A stretch of DNA of 64,000 nucleotides from Candidatus Poribacteria bacterium. Lineage in GTDB: Bacteria; Poribacteria; WGA-4E; WGA-3G. The number at the start of each line of letters is the position of its first letter. Position 1 is the first letter of the stretch. Positions 22,903-32,295 of the stretch are shown here, piece after piece. The position numbers and the translations under genes were made by a program. Below the pieces are notes generated by a model, which was given only the letters and a program-made list of their open reading frames with translations, was not told where the DNA came from and did not search any database. The stretch spans positions 1,280,001 through 1,344,000 of the forward strand of contig OZ242029.1 in NCBI GenBank assembly GCA_965205015.1. The letters run 5' to 3'.

Positions 22903-23184
22903 TTAGTGCGGTGGTTCTGCAACACCGCCGCCGATGGCAGGAAGGAAATGAATTTCCGCGTCCGCGTCAACGCGTTCGAGGATGGATCCCCGAGTGAGGA
23001 GGCCATTGATATATACAGCGATGCCGGGCTTAAGACGATCTTCTTCATATAACCGCTCTTTTATACCCGGATGGCGACTTTCTAAATTATCAATCACTTC
23101 ACGAACAGTCGCACCAGGGAGAACAATGTTCTCTTCGCCGCCTGTGAATTTACGCATGAGGGGTGGAATGACTACGGTTGGCAT
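22903..23184 (-). CDS. MoaD/ThiS family sulfur carrier
   Basis: beta-grasp pattern IPPLMRKFTGG..GATVREVI..FLPAIGGG plus a short extension. Confidence 0.85.
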   Translation of the reverse strand: MPTVVIPPLMRKFTGGEENIVLPGATVREVIDNLESRHPGIKERLYEEDRLKPGIAVYINGLLTRGSILERVDADAEIHFLPAIGGGVAEPPH

Positions 23185-23270
23185 TTTTAATGGTTATCAG
23201 TTATCGGTTGTCGGTTGTCAGTTAAGAGAGAAAGGCGCGCTTGGAAAGCGCGCCTACCCGTGTTTGGGTT

Positions 23271-25529
23271 TTAGATTTTGTCCATGGCTTTCAGGAGCCG
23301 ACCGGGCGACATTGGGAGTTCGGTCATCCGAACACCGATTGCATCATAGATAGCATTGGCAATGGCAGCCATCGGTGGCACAATTGGCACTTCACCGACC
23401 CCACGCACACCATACGGATGCCCCGGATTCGGGACTTCAACAATGACGGCATCGATCATCGGTAAATCCAAGCAGGTCGGCATCCGATAATCGAGGAAAC
23501 TGGCGTTGGTCATGGTGCCTTCGTCATTGTAGATGTATTCCTCATTCAATGCCCATCCGATACCTTGAACAGCACCGCCCTGTATTTGTCCCTCAACGTA
23601 ACTCGGATGGATGGCTCTTCCGGCATCCTGGACTGCGGTATAGCGGAGAATCTCGACCTTACCGGTCTCCTCGTCCACTGCGACATCTACGATGTGTGTT
23701 GCGTAGGCACCACCCGCCCCCCCGGGATTCACTGTCCCACTACCTACAACCGGACCGCCGGTTTGACCGAGCCGTCCACAGAGGTCGCGGAAACTAATCT
23801 GCTCCTCTTTGCCGTTGATGCATGAAAATTCGCCATCTGCGAACTGCACGTTGGCTTCGTCAACTTCCCAGAGTTTTGCGGCGCGAGCAATCATCTTCTG
23901 CTTGACATCCTGTGCGGCTTCATAAGCGGCGTAGCCGGTCGCGTAGGTTGTGCGACTCCCGCCCGTTACAGCGGTGTAACCGACAGAATTGGTATCAACG
24001 ACGCTTGGGTTGACCGATTCAGCGGGGATACCGAGAACTTCTGCCGCCTGCATAGCGATCGAAGCGCGCGTGCCGCCGATGTCTGTGGAACCCTCAATGA
24101 GGTTAATTGTGCCATCGGAGTTGACATTAATTGTCACGCTCGACTCCAAGCCGATATTGAACCAGTAACCGGAAGCGACACCGCGCCCGTGGTGTTTTTT
24201 CCCATTCGGAGCGGAATAGTGTGGGTGCGCTTTTGCGGCTTCAACTGTCTCAATACAACCGATGCGCGGGTGAACGGGTCCATCTGCGCGTCGGTCGCCC
24301 TCTTTTGCACCGTTGAGCAATCGGATCTCAAGTGGATCGATGCCGAGTTTTTCCGCGAGCTCGTCAACCACTGTCTCTGAACCGAAAGCGGCGTTTGGTG
24401 CCCCGGGGGCGCGGTAGGGTGCGGTTTTCGGTTTATTGACAACGACATCGTAACCGTCAATGATAACGTTTTCAATGTTGTAGGGTGCAAAGATACACAT
24501 GGCACCAGGTCCAACGGGGGCACCCGGGTAGGCACCCGCTTCAAAAGCGAGATACGCTTCGGCGGCGGTTATCTTACCCTCTTTGGTTGCACCCATCTTG
24601 ACACGGATGTAGGAGGCAGGTGTCGGTCCTGTGCCTTCAAACACATCCGGGCGGCTCATGAGCACCTTGACCGGCTTACCGGTTTTCCTTGCCAGCAACG
24701 CGGCGACAGGTTTGATGTAAACGCTAATTTTGCCACCAAAACCACCGCCAATTTCCATCGGAACAACCTTAATTTTGGAAATAGGATATTGGAGAATTTC
24801 GGCGACCTGTTCACGCACAGTAAACGCGCCCTGTGTGCTACACCAAATGGTCAGTTGACCATCTTGGTTAAAATGCGCCGTGGCGTTGTGGGGTTCAATA
24901 TAGCCCTGATGGACAGTGCCTGTAACGAAATCCCGTTCAACAACGATATCCGCTTCGGCGAAGCCTTTCTCAGGGTCCCCCAACTGATGCTGGATATGAC
25001 TTGCGACGTTGCTCGGTTCATCAGCCGTCTCGCCCATTGAGGTGGTTTTCAGGGTTTCGTGCAGGAGGGGTGCATCCGCTTCCATTGCTTGGCGCACCTC
25101 TAAGACGGGGGGTAGCACCTCGTATTCGACATCAATGAGTGTGCAAGCTTCTTCTGCGATATGCGGACTTGTCGCAGCGACAGCGGCAACGGCGTGTCCC
25201 TTGTATAGCACCTTATCGCTTGCCAAGATGTTATCGCAGAGATATTTGAGATTGACCGCACCTTCGCCGAGGTCCGCGATTCTGTCCTCAGCAACAGGCA
25301 AGTCTTGCGCGGTGACAACGCCTTTAACGCCGGGATAAGCTTCGGCACGGCTGGGGTCAATCGATATGATTCGCGCATGGGCGTGTGGACTCCGCAGGAC
25401 CCTCCCGTGCAGGAGTCCGGTCATTTGGAAATCTGCCCCGTAAAGTGCGCGACCGGTGACTTTGTCGACCCCATCATGGCGGATAGGACGGGTGCCAATG
25501 ACTTTATATTCTTTCTTTTCGGTTGCCAT
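23271..25529 (-). CDS. xanthine dehydrogenase family molybdopterin-binding subunit (CoxL-like)
   Basis: IGGGFGGK, YRAPG, VEGQIQGG, RGVGE. Confidence 0.9.
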   Translation of the reverse strand: MATEKKEYKVIGTRPIRHDGVDKVTGRALYGADFQMTGLLHGRVLRSPHAHARIISIDPSRAEAYPGVKGVVTAQDLPVAEDRIADLGEGAVNLKYLCDNILASDKVLYKGHAVAAVAATSPHIAEEACTLIDVEYEVLPPVLEVRQAMEADAPLLHETLKTTSMGETADEPSNVASHIQHQLGDPEKGFAEADIVVERDFVTGTVHQGYIEPHNATAHFNQDGQLTIWCSTQGAFTVREQVAEILQYPISKIKVVPMEIGGGFGGKISVYIKPVAALLARKTGKPVKVLMSRPDVFEGTGPTPASYIRVKMGATKEGKITAAEAYLAFEAGAYPGAPVGPGAMCIFAPYNIENVIIDGYDVVVNKPKTAPYRAPGAPNAAFGSETVVDELAEKLGIDPLEIRLLNGAKEGDRRADGPVHPRIGCIETVEAAKAHPHYSAPNGKKHHGRGVASGYWFNIGLESSVTINVNSDGTINLIEGSTDIGGTRASIAMQAAEVLGIPAESVNPSVVDTNSVGYTAVTGGSRTTYATGYAAYEAAQDVKQKMIARAAKLWEVDEANVQFADGEFSCINGKEEQISFRDLCGRLGQTGGPVVGSGTVNPGGAGGAYATHIVDVAVDEETGKVEILRYTAVQDAGRAIHPSYVEGQIQGGAVQGIGWALNEEYIYNDEGTMTNASFLDYRMPTCLDLPMIDAVIVEVPNPGHPYGVRGVGEVPIVPPMAAIANAIYDAIGVRMTELPMSPGRLLKAMDKI

Positions 25530-25571
25530 TACGATTATGCCTCCAATTCATGAGACTGTGTTTGTATGAAG

Positions 25572-26048
25572 TTAAGCAGAGGTTTCCTTAGCGGCCTCCA
25601 TTACTGCTTTGACGATTTTATCATAGCCGGTACAGCGACACAGGTTCCCCGCTAACCAGTACCGAATTTCATGTTCGGTTGGATTCGGGTTGCTATCCAA
25701 CAATGCCTTGGCACTCATAATAAAGCCGGGTGTGCAAATACCGCACTGGAGTGCGGCGTTTTCCAAGAACGCGTCTTGGATCGGGTGCAGCTTGTCGGGT
25801 TCCGCGAGACCTTCTATAGTTTCGACAGATTTGCCTTCAGTTTCTACACCGAGGACGAGACATGAATTGACGAGTCTGCCGTCGAGGATGACACTGCAAG
25901 CCCCGCAATTCCCGTTGTTGCACCCCTCTTTAGCACCCGTAAGATAGAGTTCGTCCCTGAGAACTTCGAGTAGGCTTTGCCGGGATTCGCAGAGAAATTC
26001 TACTGTTTCGCCATTGATAGTGGTTTGAACGTGCGATTTTCTTGCCAT
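25572..26048 (-). CDS. 2x[2Fe-2S] subunit (CoxS-like)
   Basis: GC..G.CGAC, QCGIC, NLCRCTGY. Confidence 0.92.
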   Translation of the reverse strand: MARKSHVQTTINGETVEFLCESRQSLLEVLRDELYLTGAKEGCNNGNCGACSVILDGRLVNSCLVLGVETEGKSVETIEGLAEPDKLHPIQDAFLENAALQCGICTPGFIMSAKALLDSNPNPTEHEIRYWLAGNLCRCTGYDKIVKAVMEAAKETSA

Positions 26049-26095
26049 AGTATAGTTCCTTCCAGGAGTAATAAATTAAAAAATGGACAAAAAAC

Positions 26096-26974
26096 TTATG
26101 CTGCGTCTCGAATTCTCTGGATGGCGCCGTTGAGTGCGCGCCGCGTCAGCACACCGACGAGGTGTGTCCGTTGCTCGGCAGACCCACGCATATCGCTAAT
26201 CGGGCGTGCAATGGCTCGCGCAGCTTCTGCAGCAGCATCAATCGCGGCATCAGAAACCCTGCGACCGGCGAGCAGTGCCCCTGCTTCCTCCGCAAAGAGC
26301 GGCGTGGGCGCAACCGCAGCGAGTGCGATACGAGCAGAGACGATTGTCTGTTTTGCGTCATCAAGTGTCACAGATGCCCCGGCACCAACGACAGCGATAT
26401 CCATCTCATTGCGCGGGATAAACCGGAGATAGAAGGAACTGGAATTGCTTGCGGGTGCTGGTATTTTCAGAGAGACGAGCATCTCACCTTTTTCCAGAGC
26501 AGTTTGCCCCGGTGCCGTACAGAACTGTTCGACGGGGAGTTCACGCTCACCGTTTGGACCGGCAATGACACAGGTAGCACTTAGTACAATCAGTGGCGGT
26601 ATGCAATCCGCAGCGGGTGAAGCGTTACACAAATTACCGCCAACACCGGCGCGTCCTTGGATGGCAGTGCCACCAATAATTTTGGTTGCATCGATCAAAC
26701 CGGGATAGGCATCGCAGATGGCATCAACGGCGTAAATTTTATAACACTCGACTGCAGCACCGAGCGTCAAGCCGGCGTTCGCATCGTAATCCAAGACGTT
26801 CACCTCTGGAACGGATTTGACATCAATCATCAAGTCAACGTCTCGCCGTGCTTCTCGGACTTCAACGATGAGGTCAGTTCCACCCGCCAAGATGCGAGCT
26901 TTTTCTCCGTTTTCATCAAGCAGTGCAACGGCTTCTGGGACCGTTTTCGCGGAAACATAGGAAAAATCTTGCAT
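26096..26974 (-). CDS. FAD-binding subunit (CoxM-like)
   Basis: ILAGGTDL, GGNLCNASPAAD, DMRGSAE. Confidence 0.9.
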   Translation of the reverse strand: MQDFSYVSAKTVPEAVALLDENGEKARILAGGTDLIVEVREARRDVDLMIDVKSVPEVNVLDYDANAGLTLGAAVECYKIYAVDAICDAYPGLIDATKIIGGTAIQGRAGVGGNLCNASPAADCIPPLIVLSATCVIAGPNGERELPVEQFCTAPGQTALEKGEMLVSLKIPAPASNSSSFYLRFIPRNEMDIAVVGAGASVTLDDAKQTIVSARIALAAVAPTPLFAEEAGALLAGRRVSDAAIDAAAEAARAIARPISDMRGSAEQRTHLVGVLTRRALNGAIQRIRDAA

Positions 26975-27144
26975 AAACGGAATCTCCTTTCATTACTATT
27001 AAATAAGTGGAATTCACATTTCATAAAGTGTTGGGGGCTGAGGCGCGGAACCCCCGCCACAGAAATCGGTATTGATGAGATAGGTTTTAGAAATATTTAT
27101 TTTGAATCCTACTATATCAAAAATTCGATTTTAAGGCAAGTTTT

Positions 27145-28293
27145 TTATCTTTTGGAAGGGTGCATCTCAGCAATCAACGCGTCCAAATTCATAAACTTAA
27201 CTTGGATACCGTTGTAATTGCTTGTGAAAGAACGATCTACATCGTGGGCTACGACGAAATTCTCGCCATCCGGATATTGTTTACGGAATGCAAGTAGGGA
27301 ACGCGGTGAAAATCCAGAGGCAGCCCACTTGCACTCGATAGCAATTGGTAGACCCCGTGCACGTGTGAGTACAAAATCGACCTCTTGTCCCCTTTTGTTA
27401 CGCCAATAGCGAATATCGCGGGATTGCGTATGTGCCATAATTTCATTGAGAACAAAATGTTCCCACAATGAACCGAGATCTTCCTGTCGGAGTTGCAACC
27501 ACCCTCGGTAATAACAGACGAATCCGGTGTCGAATCCGTAGACTTTCGGTGCAGCGACAATCTCGGTGGCACGATGAGAACTGAAGGGACGGATGACATG
27601 CACGACGAAGGTCGCCTCCAGAATAGAGAGATAGTTTGATATGGTAGTCCGACTCACCTCACAGGGACGTGCGAAACGGGAGGCTTCAAAAACCCCACCG
27701 CTCTGCGCCATAAGAAGTTCAGTAAATCTCTGAAAGGAGTAGCGGCGTTCAAGTCGAAAAAGTTCCTGGATATCTTTTGCCCAATAAGCATCTATCCATT
27801 CTTGGAAATCAGGTTCGGGAAGTTCAGCCTCAAGGAAAAACGGGGGCAGTCCGCCGTGCAACAGACGATGGTGAATGTCCATTCGGTTGAAATCCGCCAA
27901 GTCCGCCTGTATCAGCGGCGTCAACCATAATTCAGATTTACGCCCAGCAAGCGTATCCCTAAATTTAGCACTGGCACCGAGTGTTGATGAACCCGTCGCG
28001 ACAATCTGAATCTGTGGATAGTGATCCGCCGCAATTTTTAACAATTCGGATGGGTTCGGTAGCCGATGGACTTCATCGAGCACAATCCGCCCAGTGCCTA
28101 CACTATCCAGAAATGCCTGTGGATCTTCCATCAAGCGTCTGACACGCGGCAGTTCACAATCAAAATATTCAATATCGGAAAGTGTCTGGCACAAGCATGT
28201 TTTTCCAACACGCCGGACCCCGGACAACCATACGATTGAACGGTGTTCCCAAGCAGTTTCAATGCGATTGCGCCAAAATTGTCTATCTACCAT
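27145..28293 (-). CDS. AAA_14 ATPase with C-terminal DUF4143 (nuclease-like) domain
   Basis: Walker A GVRRVGKT, Walker B VLDEVH, ATGSS, GGLP, EVDF..IECK. Confidence 0.85.
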   Translation of the reverse strand: MVDRQFWRNRIETAWEHRSIVWLSGVRRVGKTCLCQTLSDIEYFDCELPRVRRLMEDPQAFLDSVGTGRIVLDEVHRLPNPSELLKIAADHYPQIQIVATGSSTLGASAKFRDTLAGRKSELWLTPLIQADLADFNRMDIHHRLLHGGLPPFFLEAELPEPDFQEWIDAYWAKDIQELFRLERRYSFQRFTELLMAQSGGVFEASRFARPCEVSRTTISNYLSILEATFVVHVIRPFSSHRATEIVAAPKVYGFDTGFVCYYRGWLQLRQEDLGSLWEHFVLNEIMAHTQSRDIRYWRNKRGQEVDFVLTRARGLPIAIECKWAASGFSPRSLLAFRKQYPDGENFVVAHDVDRSFTSNYNGIQVKFMNLDALIAEMHPSKR

Positions 28294-28592
28294 ACATTTA
28301 TAGTAGCATATAGTGTACTATTTGTCAAGTTCGTTTGCATATAGTAGCACTATATGCCAATCTGTTTGCATATAGTAGCAATTTAAGGATCGCCTTCAAG
28401 GGACACGCGCCGAATACTGTCCAATTCTTCAGCACTAAAGACACCCGCTTGATAGAGATTCCGATATTCCTCGGAGACGCTCTGACCGAATATCATCAGA
28501 TCGTCTGTATTAATTGTCACGCCGACACCGTTATCAAATAAGATGCGGATCGGGCGAGGTTCGGAAACCTCACCAGTAGAGAAATAGACCAA

Positions 28593-31500
28593 CTAAACCT
28601 GTTCAACGCTTAAGGTTGCGGGTTCGCCGTTCAGTTTTTGGGCGAGGGTGAAAGCGTTTTCACCCGGCGTATCTACGACGGCTGTCGTAAGGGTCTCGCG
28701 GAGGATGTAGTCTCGATGTGCCTGAAACGCCTCATCCAGAAGTGGAGACGTATCACTGAGACTGAGTTTAATCCGATCGGAAACGTTAAAATCGGCATTC
28801 TTCCGCATATTCTGGATTTTATTGACGAACTCGCGCGCCAAGCCTTCCAGTGTCAACTCGTGCGTCAATTCCGTTGACAGTGCGACGAATTTCTTCGCGT
28901 CTACTTCTACGAAGAAACCCTCTCGATTCTGGGTCTGCACATCAACTTCAGATGGCTCCAGGGTGTATGCCTCTCCCGAGACCTCAACCTGTAAACTACC
29001 CGTAGCTTCCAATTCCGCCTTCAACGCGACTGCGTCTGCGGAGGCGAATGCTTTGGCGATGGCTTGCACGCCCTTGCCGTATTTGGGTCCCAATACCCTG
29101 AAGTTGGGTTTGAGTGTCACCTGTGCGAAAGCCTCCAAGCTCTCTGTGAAGCCGATCGCTTTGACATTGAGTTCATCGTGGATGAGGTCTGCCAAACGAT
29201 TCACAGCCGCTTTCTCAGTGTCGGAGAGTCCACCGAGGGTGATTTCTCCCAAGGGTTGGCGTGTTTTAATGCCGGAACGGTTGCGAGCGGCATGCCCCAT
29301 GCGAATCACTTCGCGTGTGAAATCCATATCTGCTTCTAACTGAGTGTCTTTGAAGGCGGCATCCGCAATCGGATATTTCGCAAGATGAACACTCAGAGGT
29401 GCCTCGTCATCCAATGAACACACCAAATTACGATAGAGTTCATCCGCCCAAAACGGAACGAAGGGGGCAGCGAGTTTCGCAACGCTTACGAGGACCTCAT
29501 AAAGCGTGGCGTAGGCGGCATGCTTGTCAGTTCCGGCTTCCGCGCCCCAGAAGCGGTCGCGGGAGCGGCGGACATACCAGTTGCTGAGGTCGTCCACAAA
29601 CGCCTCAATGGCGCGCGGAGCATTCGTGAGATGATAATTTTCCATCTCGGCGCGCACCTTGTCAATGAGGGTGTGGAGACGCGACAAGATCCACCTGTCT
29701 ATCGTGGCGCGTTCTGAAACAGGTGGCGCGTCTCGCAAGACATCGACCTGCTCAAGGTTGGCATACATGACGAAGAAACTATAGACGTTCTGGAGCGTTC
29801 CCATGAACCTCTTCAAGGCTTCATCAATGCCCTCTATTTTGAAAGCGCGGGGTGTCCAGGGTGTGGTTGCGGTGAACATATACCAGCGCATCGCGTCTGC
29901 GCCTTGTTCGTTCAGAATTGTCCACGGATCGATGGTGTTGCCTCGGCTCTTACTCATCTTCTGGCCGTCGGGTCCCATAATCAGTTCAAGACAGAGACAG
30001 TTTTTGTAAGCGGGCTTGTCATAGAGGAGTGTGCCAGTCGCTAAGAGACTATAGAACCACCCACGGGTCTGATCGATGGCTTCGGAGATGAAATCGGCGG
30101 GGTAGGCTTGCTCCAGCATTTCCTGATTCTCAAAGGGATAGTGCCACTGCGCCGTGTGCGCACAACCGGAGTCAAACCAGCAATCAATGACATCTTGCAC
30201 GCGATGCATCGTGCCACTGCATTTCTCACACGCAAGAACAACATCGTCTACATAAGGACGGTGGAGTTCAATATTATCCGGCACATCCGTCCCGAGTTCA
30301 TGCAATTCGGCGATACTGCCGACACAGTGTTGATGTCCGCAGTCGTCACACACCCAAACCGGCAAGGGGGTGCCCCAATAGCGTTCACGACTCAATCCCC
30401 AGTCGATATTGTTTTCCAACCAATTGCCGAAGCGTCCGTCTTTGATATGCTCGGGATACCAGTTGATCTGCTGGTTGTGCTGATGCATCTGATCTCGGAT
30501 AGCGGTCGTCTGGATAAACCACGATTCACGGGCATAGTAGAGCAAGGGGGTATCACACCGCCAACAGAACGGATATTGGTGGGTATACTCGGCAGCCTTG
30601 AATAACAGTCCACGCCCATCCAAGTTTTCGATGATCTTTGGATCGGCGTCTTTGACGTATTCACCCGCCCAGGTGTCTTTAACTTCTGGGACAAATCTAC
30701 CGTCGGGACCGACCAATTGTACGAGGGGCAAACCGTGTTTCTGTCCGATCTCGTAGTCGTCCTGTCCGAAAGCCGGAGCGATGTGAACCAAGCCACTCCC
30801 CTCCGTTGTCGTCACGAAATCGCCGGTGACGATGTAGTGTGATTTTTCCGGATGCTGTCCACCATCGAACAACGGTTCGTATTCCCAGTCTTGGAGGTCA
30901 CTGCCTTTATAGTTTTCGACGATTTGTGGGGGTTCATCTCCGAATAAACTGGGTATACATTCTTTTGCGAGAATGAGGTGCTTCCCATCGCTTTCTTCAA
31001 CGGAAACGTAATCGTAATCCTCACCGACAGCGACAGCGACGTTAGAGGGTAATGTCCACGGGGTCGTCGTCCAGACGAGGAGGTAGGTATTCTCTCTGTT
31101 TTTCAGCGGGAAGCGAACGAAGATAGATGGATCGGAGACTTCTTGGTAACCCTGCGCGACTTCGTGGCTCGCTAAGGTTGTGCCGCACCGATAGCAATAG
31201 GGTTGGACCTTATGCCCTTGATAGAGGAGTTCCTTGTCCCACGCTTGCCGGAGGACCCACCAAACGCTTTCAATGTAATCGTTCGACAAGGTGATATAAG
31301 CATCATCGAGATCAACCCAATATCCGATGCGTTCCGTCATCCGCCGCCACTCCTGCTCGTATTGGAAGACGTTCTCCTTACATTTTTCGATAAAGTTTTG
31401 AACGCCGTAAGCCTCGAGTTCGGCTTTGTTTTTAATATCGAGTTGCTTTTCGACCTGATATTCAACGGGCAGTCCGTGTGTGTCCCAACCTGCCTTACGA

Positions 31501-31739
31501 TGGACGTAATGTCCCGTCATCGTTTTGTAACGACAGACGGCATCTTTCATGATACGCGCGAGGACGTGATGCACACCCGGCGGGGCATTCGCAAACGGAG
31601 GTCCTTCGAGAAAAACAAAGGGCGGATCGCCTTTGTGGACATCCATACTCTTCTGAAAGATGTCGTTTTCACGCCAGAATTCTAAGATCTGTTTTTCCCT
31701 CTCAGCAAATGTGAATTGGGATGATACCTCTTCAAACAT
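28593..31739 (-). CDS. ileS: isoleucyl-tRNA synthetase, type 2 (long form)
   Basis: EGPP..N..PGVHH, GWDTHGLPVE, WTTTPWTLPSN, KMSKS, LKPNF..LGPKYG and EGLAREFVNKIQNMRK C-terminus. Confidence 0.96.
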   Translation of the reverse strand: MFEEVSSQFTFAEREKQILEFWRENDIFQKSMDVHKGDPPFVFLEGPPFANAPPGVHHVLARIMKDAVCRYKTMTGHYVHRKAGWDTHGLPVEYQVEKQLDIKNKAELEAYGVQNFIEKCKENVFQYEQEWRRMTERIGYWVDLDDAYITLSNDYIESVWWVLRQAWDKELLYQGHKVQPYCYRCGTTLASHEVAQGYQEVSDPSIFVRFPLKNRENTYLLVWTTTPWTLPSNVAVAVGEDYDYVSVEESDGKHLILAKECIPSLFGDEPPQIVENYKGSDLQDWEYEPLFDGGQHPEKSHYIVTGDFVTTTEGSGLVHIAPAFGQDDYEIGQKHGLPLVQLVGPDGRFVPEVKDTWAGEYVKDADPKIIENLDGRGLLFKAAEYTHQYPFCWRCDTPLLYYARESWFIQTTAIRDQMHQHNQQINWYPEHIKDGRFGNWLENNIDWGLSRERYWGTPLPVWVCDDCGHQHCVGSIAELHELGTDVPDNIELHRPYVDDVVLACEKCSGTMHRVQDVIDCWFDSGCAHTAQWHYPFENQEMLEQAYPADFISEAIDQTRGWFYSLLATGTLLYDKPAYKNCLCLELIMGPDGQKMSKSRGNTIDPWTILNEQGADAMRWYMFTATTPWTPRAFKIEGIDEALKRFMGTLQNVYSFFVMYANLEQVDVLRDAPPVSERATIDRWILSRLHTLIDKVRAEMENYHLTNAPRAIEAFVDDLSNWYVRRSRDRFWGAEAGTDKHAAYATLYEVLVSVAKLAAPFVPFWADELYRNLVCSLDDEAPLSVHLAKYPIADAAFKDTQLEADMDFTREVIRMGHAARNRSGIKTRQPLGEITLGGLSDTEKAAVNRLADLIHDELNVKAIGFTESLEAFAQVTLKPNFRVLGPKYGKGVQAIAKAFASADAVALKAELEATGSLQVEVSGEAYTLEPSEVDVQTQNREGFFVEVDAKKFVALSTELTHELTLEGLAREFVNKIQNMRKNADFNVSDRIKLSLSDTSPLLDEAFQAHRDYILRETLTTAVVDTPGENAFTLAQKLNGEPATLSVEQV

Positions 31740-31849
31740 TTTTTTAACTATTCGCCTCCTGGACCTGTTTCGTTAGAATGATTTAGAAGTCGGGAATCGG
31801 AGTTCCCTCCTACAGAAAAGCTAAAGGTTCTGAATCTGCTACCTACGTT

Positions 31850-31896
31850 AAAAAAAAACACCCTCACTGAAATCGTCTGCTTCAGTGATGGGCGTT
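31850..31896 (-). terminator. attenuator terminator upstream of ileS
   Basis: AACGCCC-A-TCACTGAA / TTCAGTGA-GGGTGTT stem ending in a 9-U tract on the minus strand. Confidence 0.85.
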
Positions 31897-31925
31897 GTTA
31901 TGGAGACTTTTTTCTCTGCTCGTGA

Positions 31926-32078
31926 TTAGCCCACCACAGCACGACGAATAGCAATAATAATAATAATGGATATGGCGCGCGAAGCCGAGACAGCCCGAAG
32001 GTTGCCTTGGTGTAGGGCGTTGTGGCGCACAAGCTCCTTATATTGCAATGTCGGTGTCGTAAGCATTTTCCTGTCCAT
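31926..32078 (-). CDS. putative ileS attenuation leader peptide (34-50 aa depending on start)
   Basis: MDRKMLTTPTLQYKELVRHNALHQGNLRAVSASRAISIIIIIAIRRAVVG*; ATA-TCC-(ATT)5-GCT-ATT; directly upstream of the terminator and ileS. Confidence 0.8.
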   Translation of the reverse strand: MDRKMLTTPTLQYKELVRHNALHQGNLRAVSASRAISIIIIIAIRRAVVG

Positions 32079-32160
32079 GTCTTACTTGAACAATGTATGG
32101 GGTCTTTGTGAATGCTGTCCGAGCCTTGTCAGACTCGGCGAAGACTTATCCCTATTAATT

Positions 32161-32190
32161 ATGATACCATATTCTATGAGGAGTTGTCAA
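32161..32190 (-). promoter_or_regulatory. promoter of the ileS leader
   Basis: TTGACA-18nt-TATCAT with TG extension. Confidence 0.6.
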
Positions 32191-32295
32191 ATCTTTTTTG
32201 TAACCATTCCAGTGTTGGCGATATCCATTGTCAGAATCAGGATTAAAGGATGGACAGGATTGTAAACTGTCGTGATTGAAAACTCTGGGAACGTT

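Noticed and set aside
23271-25529. Aerobic CO dehydrogenase
   Set aside because: Lacks the AYxCSFR motif and cox accessory genes.
31740-32160. T-box riboswitch upstream of ileS
   Set aside because: No clear T-box consensus (AAxxxGGGTGGxACC) seen; the leader-peptide model explains the region better.
31966-32265. 99-aa plus-strand ORF
   Set aside because: Antisense to the ileS leader and promoter, with no recognisable features.
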